Positions 32,231-42,802 of a stretch of DNA of 64,000 nt are shown here, piece by piece. The stretch lies in IMG/VR virus record IMGVR_UViG_3300023178_000006; one strand, written 5' to 3'. The position numbers were made by a program, and so were the translations under genes. Origin of the DNA: a virus (lineage: Duplodnaviria > Caudoviricetes). Under the pieces are notes generated by a model. It was not told the origin of the DNA. It was given only the letters and a program-made list of their open reading frames with translations, and did not search any database. The stretch's first letter is position 1, and each line of letters begins with the position of its first letter.

Positions 32231-33066
32231 TGGCTGTTAAGATTTCTAACACAACAGTAATTGCTGATGACTTTCAGTTATTAAACGTTGCCGATACCAT
32301 TGGTAAATATACTGATTTGCATGCAGTTGCAACTGATACTACGAACAACATCAACTTCACTACGACTATGATGACGTGTACTATGACTCAAAATGAAACA
32401 TTCACCGAGTCGAATGGTGCACCTGGTTTAACTGCGACTTTACTTTTAGATACAACAAATTCTTCACATACTCCAACATTTTCAAGCAATGTAAATTGGG
32501 AAAATAATACTACACCAACTTGGAGTGACTTTCAACACTGGCACATTACATTCTTTTACGCAGATAGTAATGATATACGTGCAGCTGCAGTAGGTTACAC
32601 TGATATAACTCCTTCAGAATCGGTAACTCTTCATGGAACTTCTAGTAGTCCACAAAGTACGTTTATGACTACTATGCCAGCAAGTGCAGATTGCATTTAC
32701 GGATATCAGTTTACTAGTGATGGTAACATAAAAAGATATACAAATGGTTCTGTTTATGGTAATACTGGTTTATGGACTTGGAGTACATCTAAGTGGAATA
32801 ATATTACACCATCACAAACATATTACATAAGATTCAGTAACCACGATACTTCACAAGGTGTGGGATTAGATACGAGTGCGAGTGCTCCATTAAATACTTG
32901 GAATGCATTAACTTCATCTAGATATGCTAGATACGATGTTGCTGGACCACGAAATTCGGTAGGTACGCTTATTTCAGTTTTTAAAGTTGAAATTGCTTCT
33001 GATTCAAATGGTTCGAACATAGTTGCTACTGGGTACTATGAATGTGAAATTAACGGAACAGCATAG
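32230..33066 (+). CDS. Short fibre-tip-like protein, paralog 3
   Basis: MAVKI start and the same conserved N-terminal module. Confidence 0.55.
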   Translation: MAVKISNTTVIADDFQLLNVADTIGKYTDLHAVATDTTNNINFTTTMMTCTMTQNETFTESNGAPGLTATLLLDTTNSSHTPTFSSNVNWENNTTPTWSDFQHWHITFFYADSNDIRAAAVGYTDITPSESVTLHGTSSSPQSTFMTTMPASADCIYGYQFTSDGNIKRYTNGSVYGNTGLWTWSTSKWNNITPSQTYYIRFSNHDTSQGVGLDTSASAPLNTWNALTSSRYARYDVAGPRNSVGTLISVFKVEIASDSNGSNIVATGYYECEINGTA

Positions 33067-33074
33067 AGGATAAT

Positions 33075-33842
33075 ATGGGATTACCACATACACAAAATTT
33101 AATTATCGGAAGTAAGAATACTGCCGGCAGTGGAGGTGTTGGAGGAAATGATTATCCAACATCTGGTGAATCAATTTTAGATAGAGAATCACCTTCAAAA
33201 ACTGTTATAACAGACTTCTTTGGGTTTAGACAAGACCAACCAGCGAGTGCAGATTCAGATGTTATTTTAGACTTTTTCTATGATACAATTCTTGGTGGAT
33301 TGAGTGTTAGAACAACTAACAACGGAAGTGGTGCAACTGGTTCCAATACCACTACAACTTTCCAATATTATACGACTGCAAACGTAGCGGGTAATATTGC
33401 AACTAATAGTTCTCGTATTCATTATTCAAATGATTCTGCAGTATCAGGTGAAACTTATCCAGGTCCCGCTGACCAAATTAAAGTTGTTCATAGTTCTTCT
33501 ACATTAGCAGATATAGGTGTCACCACGCGCACTTTCACCATGAATACATACCATTATGCTGGTACAGGAGCTCCTGCAACAATTGCTTCTTACACGAATG
33601 ATACTTGGACTACTTTACATAACATTGGTGGTCAGTCAGGAATCGATGTACCAACAGATAGTGTTGGAATAAGAGTAAGAATGAACAACACCTGTAATGC
33701 TCAACCAGGTGGAACTGAAACTTCAAGATTAAACACAAGAGAAACAATTGAGTGTTGGGTTAAAGCGATTGGTGGTTACGATGATACATTATTGTTCAAG
33801 TATGACGTTGAAAACAAAGCAAGGGCGGAAGCAACTTATTAA
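33075..33842 (+). CDS. Hypothetical virion-associated protein, 255 aa
   Basis: GAGGA RBS; T/S/G/N-rich beta composition; lies in the late operon. Confidence 0.5.
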   Translation: MGLPHTQNLIIGSKNTAGSGGVGGNDYPTSGESILDRESPSKTVITDFFGFRQDQPASADSDVILDFFYDTILGGLSVRTTNNGSGATGSNTTTTFQYYTTANVAGNIATNSSRIHYSNDSAVSGETYPGPADQIKVVHSSSTLADIGVTTRTFTMNTYHYAGTGAPATIASYTNDTWTTLHNIGGQSGIDVPTDSVGIRVRMNNTCNAQPGGTETSRLNTRETIECWVKAIGGYDDTLLFKYDVENKARAEATY

Positions 33843-33857
33843 AGGATAAATATTAAT

Positions 33858-34601
33858 ATGTCAATACCAAATACAAGAGAGCTTTTTAAAGATTATATCC
33901 TCCGAAAAATTGGTGCGCCTGTTATCGAAGTAAATGTGTCGGACGAACAAGTTGAAGACCGTGTTGATGAAGCAGTTTCTTTCTGGAGAGATTATCACTA
34001 CAATGGAAGTCAGCTCGTTTACTTAAAGCATCAGATTACACAAGAAGATAAAGATAATGGATATATTTCTTTACCACAAGGTCTATTAGGTATTTCAGGC
34101 ATTTTCCCACTTACAACAAACCTTTCTACTGGTTCTGGTATTTTTAATGTTCAGTATCAGTTTGTATTAAACAATATACAAGACATTACAGGATATAATG
34201 TTCAGAACTATTATATGGCAATGTCACATCTTCAATTCTTACAAGAAATCCTTGTAGGAAAACCGATGATTCGATATAACAAACACGTTAATAGATTACA
34301 TATCGATGTTGATAACGAATTTATGACAGTAGGTGAATATGTTATTATTGAAGCATACGATGTTATTGACCCAGCTACTTACTCAGATGTTTGGGGAGAC
34401 AGATGGTTGCAAAACTATGCGACTGTTTTAGTGAGGGAGCAATGGGGACTCAACTTAACTAAATTTACCAACATGCAATTAGTTGGTGGTGTATCATTTA
34501 ACGGAGAACAGATTTTATCAGAAGCACGAGAAGAAAGACGAAATATGGAAGAAGAAGCGATAAGAGCTTATCAGCCTCTCACCTATAACTTTATTGGGTA
34601 A
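33858..34601 (+). CDS. gp13: Neck protein gp13
   Basis: LRKIGAPVIEVNVSDEQVEDRVDEA...WG.NL.KF..MQL.GGVSFNG..I motif; position before gp14/gp15. Confidence 0.9.
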   Translation: MSIPNTRELFKDYILRKIGAPVIEVNVSDEQVEDRVDEAVSFWRDYHYNGSQLVYLKHQITQEDKDNGYISLPQGLLGISGIFPLTTNLSTGSGIFNVQYQFVLNNIQDITGYNVQNYYMAMSHLQFLQEILVGKPMIRYNKHVNRLHIDVDNEFMTVGEYVIIEAYDVIDPATYSDVWGDRWLQNYATVLVREQWGLNLTKFTNMQLVGGVSFNGEQILSEAREERRNMEEEAIRAYQPLTYNFIG

Positions 34602-34608
34602 TGTTTAA

Positions 34609-35298
34609 ATGGCAACAAATGTATTCTTCAGAAATTACGATAACTTCAACGAGCAACAATTAATTGATGACCTCGTAATTGAAAGTATCAAAATGTATGG
34701 TGTCGATGTTATATACATCGCTAGAGACTTTGGTGCTATTGATAGAGTTTTCAATGAAGATGATTTACCATTATATAATAAAGTCTTTCAATTCGAAGCT
34801 TATGTTAAGAGTGTTGATGGATTTGAAGGTGAAGGTGATTTCCTTTCTAAATTCGGTTTACAAATCAGAGACCAAGTTACATTCTCAGTAGCAAATCGTA
34901 CGTTCGAACGTTTCGTCACCCGCGAGACAGAAGATATTATTCGACCGCGTGAAGGTGATTTAATTTATTTCCCTCTCAACGAAAAGATGTTTGAAATCAA
35001 ATTTACAGAACACGAAAGCGTATTCTATCAAAACGGTTCTTTACAAGTATTTGATATGAGATGTGAATTAATCGAATACTCTGGTCAAAGAATGGAAACC
35101 GGATATGAGAACATTGATGATTACTTCGATAAGATTGACACTACAGGTACTACAACATTACAAGCACTCGCAAATACAGAAGCTGATGGTAGTGATGCAT
35201 TAGCGAGGAACTACACTTTTGAAACGGAAGGAGATAATATTCTTGATTTCTCAGAGAGTGACCCATTCACTGAAAACATTAATATTAGCGACACATAA
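34609..35298 (+). CDS. gp14: Neck protein gp14
   Basis: EQ.LIDDLVIESIKMYG.DV.YI.R...GF.GEGDFLSKFGL...RP.EGDLIYFP motif. Confidence 0.9.
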   Translation: MATNVFFRNYDNFNEQQLIDDLVIESIKMYGVDVIYIARDFGAIDRVFNEDDLPLYNKVFQFEAYVKSVDGFEGEGDFLSKFGLQIRDQVTFSVANRTFERFVTRETEDIIRPREGDLIYFPLNEKMFEIKFTEHESVFYQNGSLQVFDMRCELIEYSGQRMETGYENIDDYFDKIDTTGTTTLQALANTEADGSDALARNYTFETEGDNILDFSESDPFTENINISDT

Positions 35299-36113
35299 TG
35301 GCAATTGCAAATTATTTTTATAACGCAACTTTAAGAAAATACGTAGCACTATTTGGTACGTACTTTAATCAACTTGAAGTGAAGCGTGTAGACAATGGTG
35401 GAGTAACACAACAATCAATGATTGTTCCTATCTCTTATGCACCATTCCAAAAGATACTTGCAAGGTTAGAACAGAATCCAGATTTTAAAGCAAAGTCTGC
35501 GATTACTCTTCCTCGTATGTCGTTTGAAATGACAGGAATGAGTTATGATGCAGAACGTAAAATATCTCCTATTACTAAGATAAGAAAAAATGTAGTATCT
35601 GATGATATAAGTGGAAGAAAGTTTCACTATGCTGGTGTTCCATATAACATGGAATTTCAGCTTTATATTATGACAAAATACCAAGAAGATGCGGTAAAAA
35701 TAATGGAACAGATTTTACCTTTCTTTAATCCAGATTACACCAGAACTGCTCGAATTATTACCGGATTAGAACCAATAGACATTCCTTTAATATTAAACGG
35801 AGTGACTACAGAGGACATCTATGAGGGTTCTTTTGAAGAGAGACGTTCTATATTATATACTTTAAGCTTTACAATGAAAGGTTGGTTCTTTGGACCAGAA
35901 AAAGAGAAAGGAATTATCAAGTTTATCGATACTCGTTATCATACTGATGTTACTTCAAATACAACTCCTGAGGAGTTCCAAACAATTCAACCTGGAATGA
36001 CTGCTAATAACGAACCAACAACAGACCCTGAATTGACTGTTGATTATAGTTTAATTGATTTTGATGACGACTGGGATTATATCAAACAAATATCCGATAC
36101 TGAACCCAGCTAA
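35298..36113 (+). CDS. gp15: Tail sheath stabiliser/terminator gp15
   Basis: YFYN.TLRKY.ALFG..FN...VP.SYAP.QK...TLPRMSFEM...EQILPFF.P motif. Confidence 0.9.
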   Translation: MAIANYFYNATLRKYVALFGTYFNQLEVKRVDNGGVTQQSMIVPISYAPFQKILARLEQNPDFKAKSAITLPRMSFEMTGMSYDAERKISPITKIRKNVVSDDISGRKFHYAGVPYNMEFQLYIMTKYQEDAVKIMEQILPFFNPDYTRTARIITGLEPIDIPLILNGVTTEDIYEGSFEERRSILYTLSFTMKGWFFGPEKEKGIIKFIDTRYHTDVTSNTTPEEFQTIQPGMTANNEPTTDPELTVDYSLIDFDDDWDYIKQISDTEPS

Positions 36114-36132
36114 ATTTTAGGAATACAATATT

Positions 36133-36579
36133 ATGAAAATTGGATTTACATGTAGTACATTTGACCTGCTTCATGCTGGCCATGTACAAATGTTAAGAGA
36201 TGCAAAATCTCAGTGTGATTATTTAATGGTAGGATTACAGATTGACCCATCAATAGACAGACCAAAAGAAAAGAACCCACCTATACAATCAGTAGTTGAA
36301 AGATATACTCAACTCAAAGCTGTAAGATATGTTGATGAAATTATTCCTTATAAAACAGAACAAGACTTGATAGATATATTAGAGCTATATACAATTCACG
36401 TTCGTATTTTAGGTGAAGAGTATAGAGATAAAGAATTTACAGGAAAGGATATTTGTCGTAAAAGAGATATAGAATTGTTCTTTAATAAACGTGACCACAG
36501 GTTCAGTACATCTGGTTTACGAAAAGCTTGTGCTTGGGTAAATAATGACGGTGATTGGAAAATGACTAAGGAAGGATAA
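36133..36579 (+). CDS. Glycerol-3-phosphate cytidylyltransferase-like protein (TagD family)
   Basis: GFTCSTFDLLHAGH, DYL.VGLQ.DP..DRP.KN.P.QS..ER, R.H.FSTS.LR. Confidence 0.85.
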   Translation: MKIGFTCSTFDLLHAGHVQMLRDAKSQCDYLMVGLQIDPSIDRPKEKNPPIQSVVERYTQLKAVRYVDEIIPYKTEQDLIDILELYTIHVRILGEEYRDKEFTGKDICRKRDIELFFNKRDHRFSTSGLRKACAWVNNDGDWKMTKEG

Positions 36580-37037
36580 TGGCGAAGAAAGATAAAATAG
36601 CAGAAACACTTGATATAAGACCTATTGAAGAGGCACAAGAGGAGTTGCCTGCAAATTCTTTTTCAACTAATGATGATGTAGAGAGCTTACCAGTTGTAAG
36701 ACAAGAAAATCTACCCGCAGTTGCTGAACAACAAGCTGAAGAGAATTTAAAAGACATAGAATTAGCGAAAGCAAATATTGAGAATATTATTAATCTCGGT
36801 GATGATGCAGTAAAAGAAATGGTTGAGATTGCAAAACAATCAGAATCACCAAGAGCATTTGAAGTTGTTTCGACTTTAATGAAAACACTATTAGATGCTA
36901 ACAAAGATTATGTTGATATGTCAACTAAAAAGAGATATGCGAAAGAAGAACAAACAACGCAAACTCAAGTGACTAATAATAATCTTATCGTATCAACTGC
37001 AGACTTATTGAAAATGATTAAAGACGGAAACGAATAA
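36579..37037 (+). CDS. gp16: Terminase small subunit gp16
   Basis: A..SESPRAFEVV..LMK and NNN.IVST.DL.KM motifs; directly upstream of gp17. Confidence 0.85.
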   Translation: MAKKDKIAETLDIRPIEEAQEELPANSFSTNDDVESLPVVRQENLPAVAEQQAEENLKDIELAKANIENIINLGDDAVKEMVEIAKQSESPRAFEVVSTLMKTLLDANKDYVDMSTKKRYAKEEQTTQTQVTNNNLIVSTADLLKMIKDGNE

Positions 37038-38644
37038 TGCCAGTTGGGTACTTAGGTAACACTTACCTCAAGAGAGCGAATGAGGTACACGAGTTTACAC
37101 CTGAACAAATTAAGGAGTATATGAAGTGTGCAGAAGACCCAATATATTTCGCAGAAAATTATATTAAAATCGTACATGTTGACAAGGGGTTTGTTCCCTT
37201 TGAAATGTATGATTATCAAAAAGACATTACACAAAAGATTACAAACAATAGACGTGTTGCAGTTTTAACCGCTCGTCAAAGTGGTAAGACAACAACTGCA
37301 ACCGCAGTTATATTACATTATATTCTATTTAATGAATTTAAGACTGTTGCGATATTAGCGAACAAGGGTGATGCTGCTCGAGAAGTTCTTTCAAGAGTTC
37401 AACTTGCTTATGAAGCATTACCTAAATGGATGCAACAAGGTATCGAAGAATGGAATAAAGGTAATATTACACTAGAGAATGGTTGTAAAATATATGCAGG
37501 TACAACGACATCTTCGGCAATTAGGGGTAAATCAATATCATTCCTATATCTCGATGAGGTTGCGTTTATTGAAGGATTCGATGAGTTCTTCGCTTCTGTA
37601 TATCCTACAATCTCTGCTGGTGAAACTACAAAGTTATTAATGACTTCAACACCAAATGGATTAAACCATTTTTGGAAAACATGTAAAGGTGCTAGAGAAG
37701 GTACTAATGGTTATGAATTCGTTGAAGTTATGTGGAATGATGTTCCAGGGCGTGATGAAAAGTGGAAAAACGAAACACTTGAAGCTTTGGATTTTGACGA
37801 AGAAAAGTTTAGACAAGAATACTGTTGTCAATTCTTAGGAAGTTCTGGTACTCTTGTTGATGGTTCCAAACTTAAAGAATTAGCATACAGTCGTCCTATT
37901 GCAGAAAACCAAGGGTTAACTCAATATGAAGCTGTTCAAGAAGGTCACGCTTATGTGATGACTGTTGACGTTTCAAGAGGAAAAGGACTAGATTATAGTA
38001 CTTTTAATGTAATCGACGTAACACAAATGCCTTATAAACAGGTTTGTGTCTATCGAGATAACATGGTTGCTCCTGTCGATTTTGCATCTATTATATATAG
38101 AATAGGACTAATGTACAATGAGAGTTCTGTCCTAATCGAAATCAATGATATTGGTGAACAGGTTTCGGACGTACTCTTAATGGACTATGGTTATGAAAAT
38201 CTTCTTTATACAGAAAATGCGGGACGTTCCGGAAAAAGGATTTCAGCAGGTTTTGGAAAAAGAGTAGATAATGGAATACGTACAACTAAGAGTGTAAAAT
38301 CAATTGGTTGTACAATATTAAAAATGTTGATTGAACAGAATCAACTTATAGTACAAGACTATAATACAATACAAGAGTTATCACGTTTTAGTAAAAAGGG
38401 TTCTTCTTATGAAGCAGAATCTGGTTCCCACGATGATTTGGTTATGAACCTGGTCATATTTTCGTGGTTATCAGACCAAACTTTCTTTAAAGACCTCACT
38501 GACATAAATACGTTATTAAAGCTTCGACAAAAAACTGAAGAACAAATTGAAGAAGAATTATTACCGTTTGGATTTATAGATGATGGAAGTGAACTGCCAG
38601 ATTCAGACGGATTCGAAGCTGTACGAAACGCATGGGAGATATAA
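37037..38644 (+). CDS. gp17: Terminase large subunit gp17
   Basis: ARQSGKTT Walker A, YLDEVAF Walker B, STPNGLNHF, DVSRG.GLDYS nuclease motif, HDDLVM. Confidence 0.97.
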   Translation: MPVGYLGNTYLKRANEVHEFTPEQIKEYMKCAEDPIYFAENYIKIVHVDKGFVPFEMYDYQKDITQKITNNRRVAVLTARQSGKTTTATAVILHYILFNEFKTVAILANKGDAAREVLSRVQLAYEALPKWMQQGIEEWNKGNITLENGCKIYAGTTTSSAIRGKSISFLYLDEVAFIEGFDEFFASVYPTISAGETTKLLMTSTPNGLNHFWKTCKGAREGTNGYEFVEVMWNDVPGRDEKWKNETLEALDFDEEKFRQEYCCQFLGSSGTLVDGSKLKELAYSRPIAENQGLTQYEAVQEGHAYVMTVDVSRGKGLDYSTFNVIDVTQMPYKQVCVYRDNMVAPVDFASIIYRIGLMYNESSVLIEINDIGEQVSDVLLMDYGYENLLYTENAGRSGKRISAGFGKRVDNGIRTTKSVKSIGCTILKMLIEQNQLIVQDYNTIQELSRFSKKGSSYEAESGSHDDLVMNLVIFSWLSDQTFFKDLTDINTLLKLRQKTEEQIEEELLPFGFIDDGSELPDSDGFEAVRNAWEI

Positions 38645-38656
38645 ACCTATGCTTTT

Positions 38657-38664
38657 TATAAATA
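38657..38664 (+). promoter_or_regulatory. T4-type late promoter TATAAATA
   Basis: Exact consensus upstream of gp18. Confidence 0.8.
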
Positions 38665-38725
38665 AAACAGTGATAACTATAATTAAGACTAGGTTTTTAA
38701 ATAGATAATATTAAAGGAGAATAAT

Positions 38726-40648
38726 ATGGCTTTTTCCGTAAGTCCTTCCGTAATAGTTCGCGAAGTGGACGCAAGTGCAGCGGTACCAGCCATCGCAACA
38801 CCACCTGCCGCTATCGCAGGTGTTTTTAGATGGGGTCCTGTAGGCGAGGCAGTTCTAGTTTCTTCTGAGAATGATTTAGTAAATAGATTTGGTACACCAA
38901 CCAATAATAATTACGAAACATTCTTTGTAGCAGCAGACTATCTTTCTTATGCAAATGCTCTTTACGTGGCTAGAGTAGATAACGGTGCAGTTAAAGCATC
39001 TGCATCAGATACATCAAGTGCAAATACACAACTACATACTTTCGGTGCGTTCGACGCTTTATATCCTGGAGAGTTAGGAAACTCTATTGACGTTGCTTAC
39101 GTTAAGGGTTCAAGCTTCTCAAACGATGTACTAAGTGTTGGTGATATTACTGCTTCTCAATTAACTGGTAACACTCAAATTCAACAAACACTAAACTTTA
39201 ATGATAGTGATGTTGATTTCGAAGTAGCACCTGCTAATAGAATCACATCAGGATTAATTGATGCTGGTGATATTCTTGTAATCGGAAACGATTCAGTAGG
39301 ATACCAAGAGTTAGAAGTAAGTTCAATCACAGAAACAGCGAGAGACACATTAGGAGATGAAACTGCAAATACTTCATTAATCGTAGCATACGATTATAAT
39401 ATTGTATTCGGTTCATCTTGGAGATTAGCAGAATCTGACTTGAACAAACTTTCTATTGTAAGAAAGTGGAAATACTCAAGCTGGTTTGGTAAAGCACCTC
39501 AAACTGCTAACTATCACATCGCAGTAATCGACAATGATGGTACTATTTCTGGTGAAGCTGGAACAGCACTGGAACTTTATACCGATGTTTCAACTACGTC
39601 AACCGCTAAACTATCAGACGGAACAACAAATTACTACGTAGATGTAATCGACAATGGCTCTTCATGGGTTGCAGTCGCAAATACATCGCATTTCGAATCA
39701 GGCGCACAAGACAGTTCTTATGAAACTCTTGCAAATGGTACCGATGGTACATCAGAAACTGCAACAGCATTAGGACCTATCGCGGGTGGTTACGATTTAT
39801 TCAAGAATGCAAACGAGATTGACGTCTCATTTGTTCTACAAGGTAAGGGTGACCAAGCCGGAACAGTTGCTAACTACATCATTTCTAACATCACAGATTA
39901 CAGAAAAGATGCAGTCGCATTCTTATCACCTTCTAAGGCTGATGTCGTAGACGAAAACAAAACAAACGCAAAACTTAACAACGTCATTGCATATCGTAAT
40001 AAGTTACAAAACTCTTCATACTGGTTTATGGATAGTGGATACAAATACAGATATGACAAGTACAATGATACCTACCGTTATGTTCCACTAAATGGTGACA
40101 CTGCAGGTCTAGCTTCAAGAGTTGAACCTTTCGAATCACCAGCTGGTTTCCGTAAGGGTGTAATTAAGAATGTTGTAAAACTTGCTTTCAACCCTAACAA
40201 AACACAAAGAGACCAATTATACTCTTCAGATGTTAACCCTGTAATGAGTCAAGTAGGACAAGGAATTGTACTATTCGGTGATAAGACAGGTCTTGGTTTA
40301 CCAAGTGCATTTGACAGAATCAATGTAAGAAGACTCTTTATTGCGGTTGAGAAAGCAATTGCTAATGCAGCACAATCTTTCTTATTCGAACTTAACGATG
40401 AATTCTCACAGACTCAGTTCAAAAATATCGTTGAACCTTTCTTAAGAGAAATTCAAGGTAGACGTGGTATTATCGACTTTAGAGTAATTTCTGATACAAC
40501 AGTAAATACTCCTGAAATCGTTGATGCTGGTAAGTTTAGAGCAAATATCTTTATTAAACCTGCTAGAAGCATTAATGTTATTGAATTAACATTTGTTGCA
40601 ACAAGAAGTGGTGTTGAATTTGAAGAAATTGTTGGCTCAATTGGTTAA
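38726..40648 (+). CDS. gp18: Tail sheath protein gp18
   Basis: SP.V.VREVD, F.WGP, SPAG..KG, GDKT......AFDRINVRRLF, FIKPARSIN.I.L.FVATR.GV.F.E. Confidence 0.97.
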   Translation: MAFSVSPSVIVREVDASAAVPAIATPPAAIAGVFRWGPVGEAVLVSSENDLVNRFGTPTNNNYETFFVAADYLSYANALYVARVDNGAVKASASDTSSANTQLHTFGAFDALYPGELGNSIDVAYVKGSSFSNDVLSVGDITASQLTGNTQIQQTLNFNDSDVDFEVAPANRITSGLIDAGDILVIGNDSVGYQELEVSSITETARDTLGDETANTSLIVAYDYNIVFGSSWRLAESDLNKLSIVRKWKYSSWFGKAPQTANYHIAVIDNDGTISGEAGTALELYTDVSTTSTAKLSDGTTNYYVDVIDNGSSWVAVANTSHFESGAQDSSYETLANGTDGTSETATALGPIAGGYDLFKNANEIDVSFVLQGKGDQAGTVANYIISNITDYRKDAVAFLSPSKADVVDENKTNAKLNNVIAYRNKLQNSSYWFMDSGYKYRYDKYNDTYRYVPLNGDTAGLASRVEPFESPAGFRKGVIKNVVKLAFNPNKTQRDQLYSSDVNPVMSQVGQGIVLFGDKTGLGLPSAFDRINVRRLFIAVEKAIANAAQSFLFELNDEFSQTQFKNIVEPFLREIQGRRGIIDFRVISDTTVNTPEIVDAGKFRANIFIKPARSINVIELTFVATRSGVEFEEIVGSIG

Positions 40649-40679
40649 TAAATAATTAGTAAAATAGGAGAACTAACAA

Positions 40680-41213
40680 ATGGCATTTAATATTAATGAG
40701 TTCAAATCCCAGCTAGTTGGTGGTGGTGCTCGACCTACGTTATTCCAATGTCAAATCTTAAACCCTGTTGCTCCTGAAGCCGACTTTAAAGTTCCTTTCA
40801 TGGTAAGAGCTGCGGGTATACCCGGCTCTTCCTTAGGTTCTTTCACAGCACCATACTTTGGTCGTCAGGTCAAGTATGCAGGTGATAGGGTATTTGAAGA
40901 TTGGACAGTGACTGTTATTAACGATGAAGATTTCATTGTTAGAAACGGTTTGGAAGCATGGTCAAATGCTATCAATACACATGATGGTAATTTACGCTCA
41001 CTTCCATCTGATTACAAATCAAATGGTTTAATTACACAATATAGTAAAGACGGAGACGCAATTAGAACTTATGTGTTCGAAGGTATGTACCCAGTGACTA
41101 TTGACCAAATCCAAATGGATTGGGGTACAACCGATACAATTGAAGAATTCTCAGTGACCTTCCAATATGACTTCTGGAGAGTCGAAGGTTCAACTGGAAT
41201 TCCAACTACATAA
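40680..41213 (+). CDS. gp19: Tail tube protein gp19
   Basis: GGGARP.LF, GRQVK.AGDR.F.DWT.TVINDEDF..R, IEEFSVTFQY. Confidence 0.95.
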   Translation: MAFNINEFKSQLVGGGARPTLFQCQILNPVAPEADFKVPFMVRAAGIPGSSLGSFTAPYFGRQVKYAGDRVFEDWTVTVINDEDFIVRNGLEAWSNAINTHDGNLRSLPSDYKSNGLITQYSKDGDAIRTYVFEGMYPVTIDQIQMDWGTTDTIEEFSVTFQYDFWRVEGSTGIPTT

Positions 41214-41230
41214 TAATAGGAATTTAAATA

Positions 41231-42760
41231 ATGAAGATTTTTGGCTTCGAAATTAAGAGGCCTGAAGATGAGATAAAGAATGCTCCTATCTCATTTACAG
41301 AACCTCAAAATGATGATGGTGCGATTACCGTATCAGGTAACTCGCTAGGGGGCTTTTATAGTACTCTATTAGATATGGAAGGTTCAGCTAAGTCTGAATC
41401 CGAACTTATCACAAAGTATAGGAACATGGCCCTTCAGCCTGAGATTGCTCAGGCAGTTGATGATATAGTGAATGAAGCTATCTCGATTGAAATGGACGAA
41501 AGTGTCGTTAGCATAAGTTTAGGTGAAACTGATTTACCTGATAAAGTTAAAGACAAGATTGTAGAAGAATTTGATAACGTCGTATCTATGTTTGATATGT
41601 CAAACCAAGGATACGATATGTTCTATAAGTTTTATATCGACGGTCGATTGAATTATCATATTATAATCGACCCCGATAACCTTAAAAGAGGTATTATAGA
41701 ACTACGTTATTGTGACCCTCGAAAACTAAAACTAATTCGAGAGTTGGACAAGAAAAGTAAAGACAAGCACTCAGGTGCTCCAGTCAAAAAGATTAAGAAT
41801 GAATACTATATGTATTCTGAAAATGGATTTGGAGCTACTAGTGCAAGCGGTTCAACTGTTGGTTTTAAAATTGCGAAGGACTCTATTGCTAGAGTAACTT
41901 CAGGATTGATGAATGAGAATAATAGTTTAGTATTATCTCACTTACATCCAGCAATTAAACCTTTAAATCAGTTGAGAATGCTAGAGGATGCTACAGTCAT
42001 TTATACATTGACTAGAGCTCCTGAAAGAAGAATTTTTTATATTGATGTAGGTAATTTACCTAAGAATAAGGCGGAACAATATCTTAGAGATATGATGACT
42101 CGCCATAAGAATAAACTTCAATATAATTCGTCAACAGGTGAGATTACAGATTCTCGTAAAATGTTGACAATGACTGAGGACTTTTGGTTCCCACGTCGTG
42201 GCGGTGAGCGTACCACAGAGGTTGATACATTAGCAGGTGGTAGTGCTCAAGGTTTAAGCAACGACGAAAACATGACGTATTTTCAACGTAAATTATATAA
42301 ATCGTTGAAAGTACCTTTAACGCGTTTAGAGCCTGAAACAATGGCGAACTTTGGTAGAGTTTCAGAAATTACCAGAGACGAGTTAAAGTTTGGAAAGTTT
42401 ATTAAACGTATTAGGTCACGTTTTTCTTGGATATTTAATATCGTATTAGAAAAACAACTAGTATTAAAGGGTATTCTTACTCCTGAAGAGTTTCAACAAA
42501 TTCGAAACGATATTCGATATGAATTTGCAAAAGACAACTATTATGATGAGTTAAAACATGCAGAGATTCTTAAGGAAAGATTAGGAACCTTAAGAGATAT
42601 TGAAGATTCGATTGGAAAATATTACTCGAAAGAATGGGTAATTAGAAACGTTCTTCAGATGAGTGAAGAGGAATTTAATGAAATGAATGACCAAATGGTC
42701 GCTGAAAAAGAAGCAGAACCTTCTGAAGACGGTGACGATATGGATTCAAATCCTTTTTAA
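41231..42760 (+). CDS. gp20: Portal vertex protein gp20
   Basis: NQLRMLEDA.VIY...RAPERRIFYIDVGNLPK.KAEQYL, EDFW.PRRGG..TTE, EITRDELKF.KF. Confidence 0.97.
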   Translation: MKIFGFEIKRPEDEIKNAPISFTEPQNDDGAITVSGNSLGGFYSTLLDMEGSAKSESELITKYRNMALQPEIAQAVDDIVNEAISIEMDESVVSISLGETDLPDKVKDKIVEEFDNVVSMFDMSNQGYDMFYKFYIDGRLNYHIIIDPDNLKRGIIELRYCDPRKLKLIRELDKKSKDKHSGAPVKKIKNEYYMYSENGFGATSASGSTVGFKIAKDSIARVTSGLMNENNSLVLSHLHPAIKPLNQLRMLEDATVIYTLTRAPERRIFYIDVGNLPKNKAEQYLRDMMTRHKNKLQYNSSTGEITDSRKMLTMTEDFWFPRRGGERTTEVDTLAGGSAQGLSNDENMTYFQRKLYKSLKVPLTRLEPETMANFGRVSEITRDELKFGKFIKRIRSRFSWIFNIVLEKQLVLKGILTPEEFQQIRNDIRYEFAKDNYYDELKHAEILKERLGTLRDIEDSIGKYYSKEWVIRNVLQMSEEEFNEMNDQMVAEKEAEPSEDGDDMDSNPF

Positions 42761-42768
42761 TATAAATA
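42761..42768 (+). promoter_or_regulatory. T4-type late promoter TATAAATA
   Basis: Exact consensus immediately after the gp20 stop. Confidence 0.75.
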
Positions 42769-42802
42769 AAATTAATATAGCAAAATAAATAGGGACTTAA
42801 CA

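Noticed and set aside
15887-33066. Possible diversity-generating retroelement or invertible cassette acting on fibre tips
   Set aside because: No reverse transcriptase, recombinase, adenine-specific TR/VR pair or flanking inverted repeats were seen in this window.
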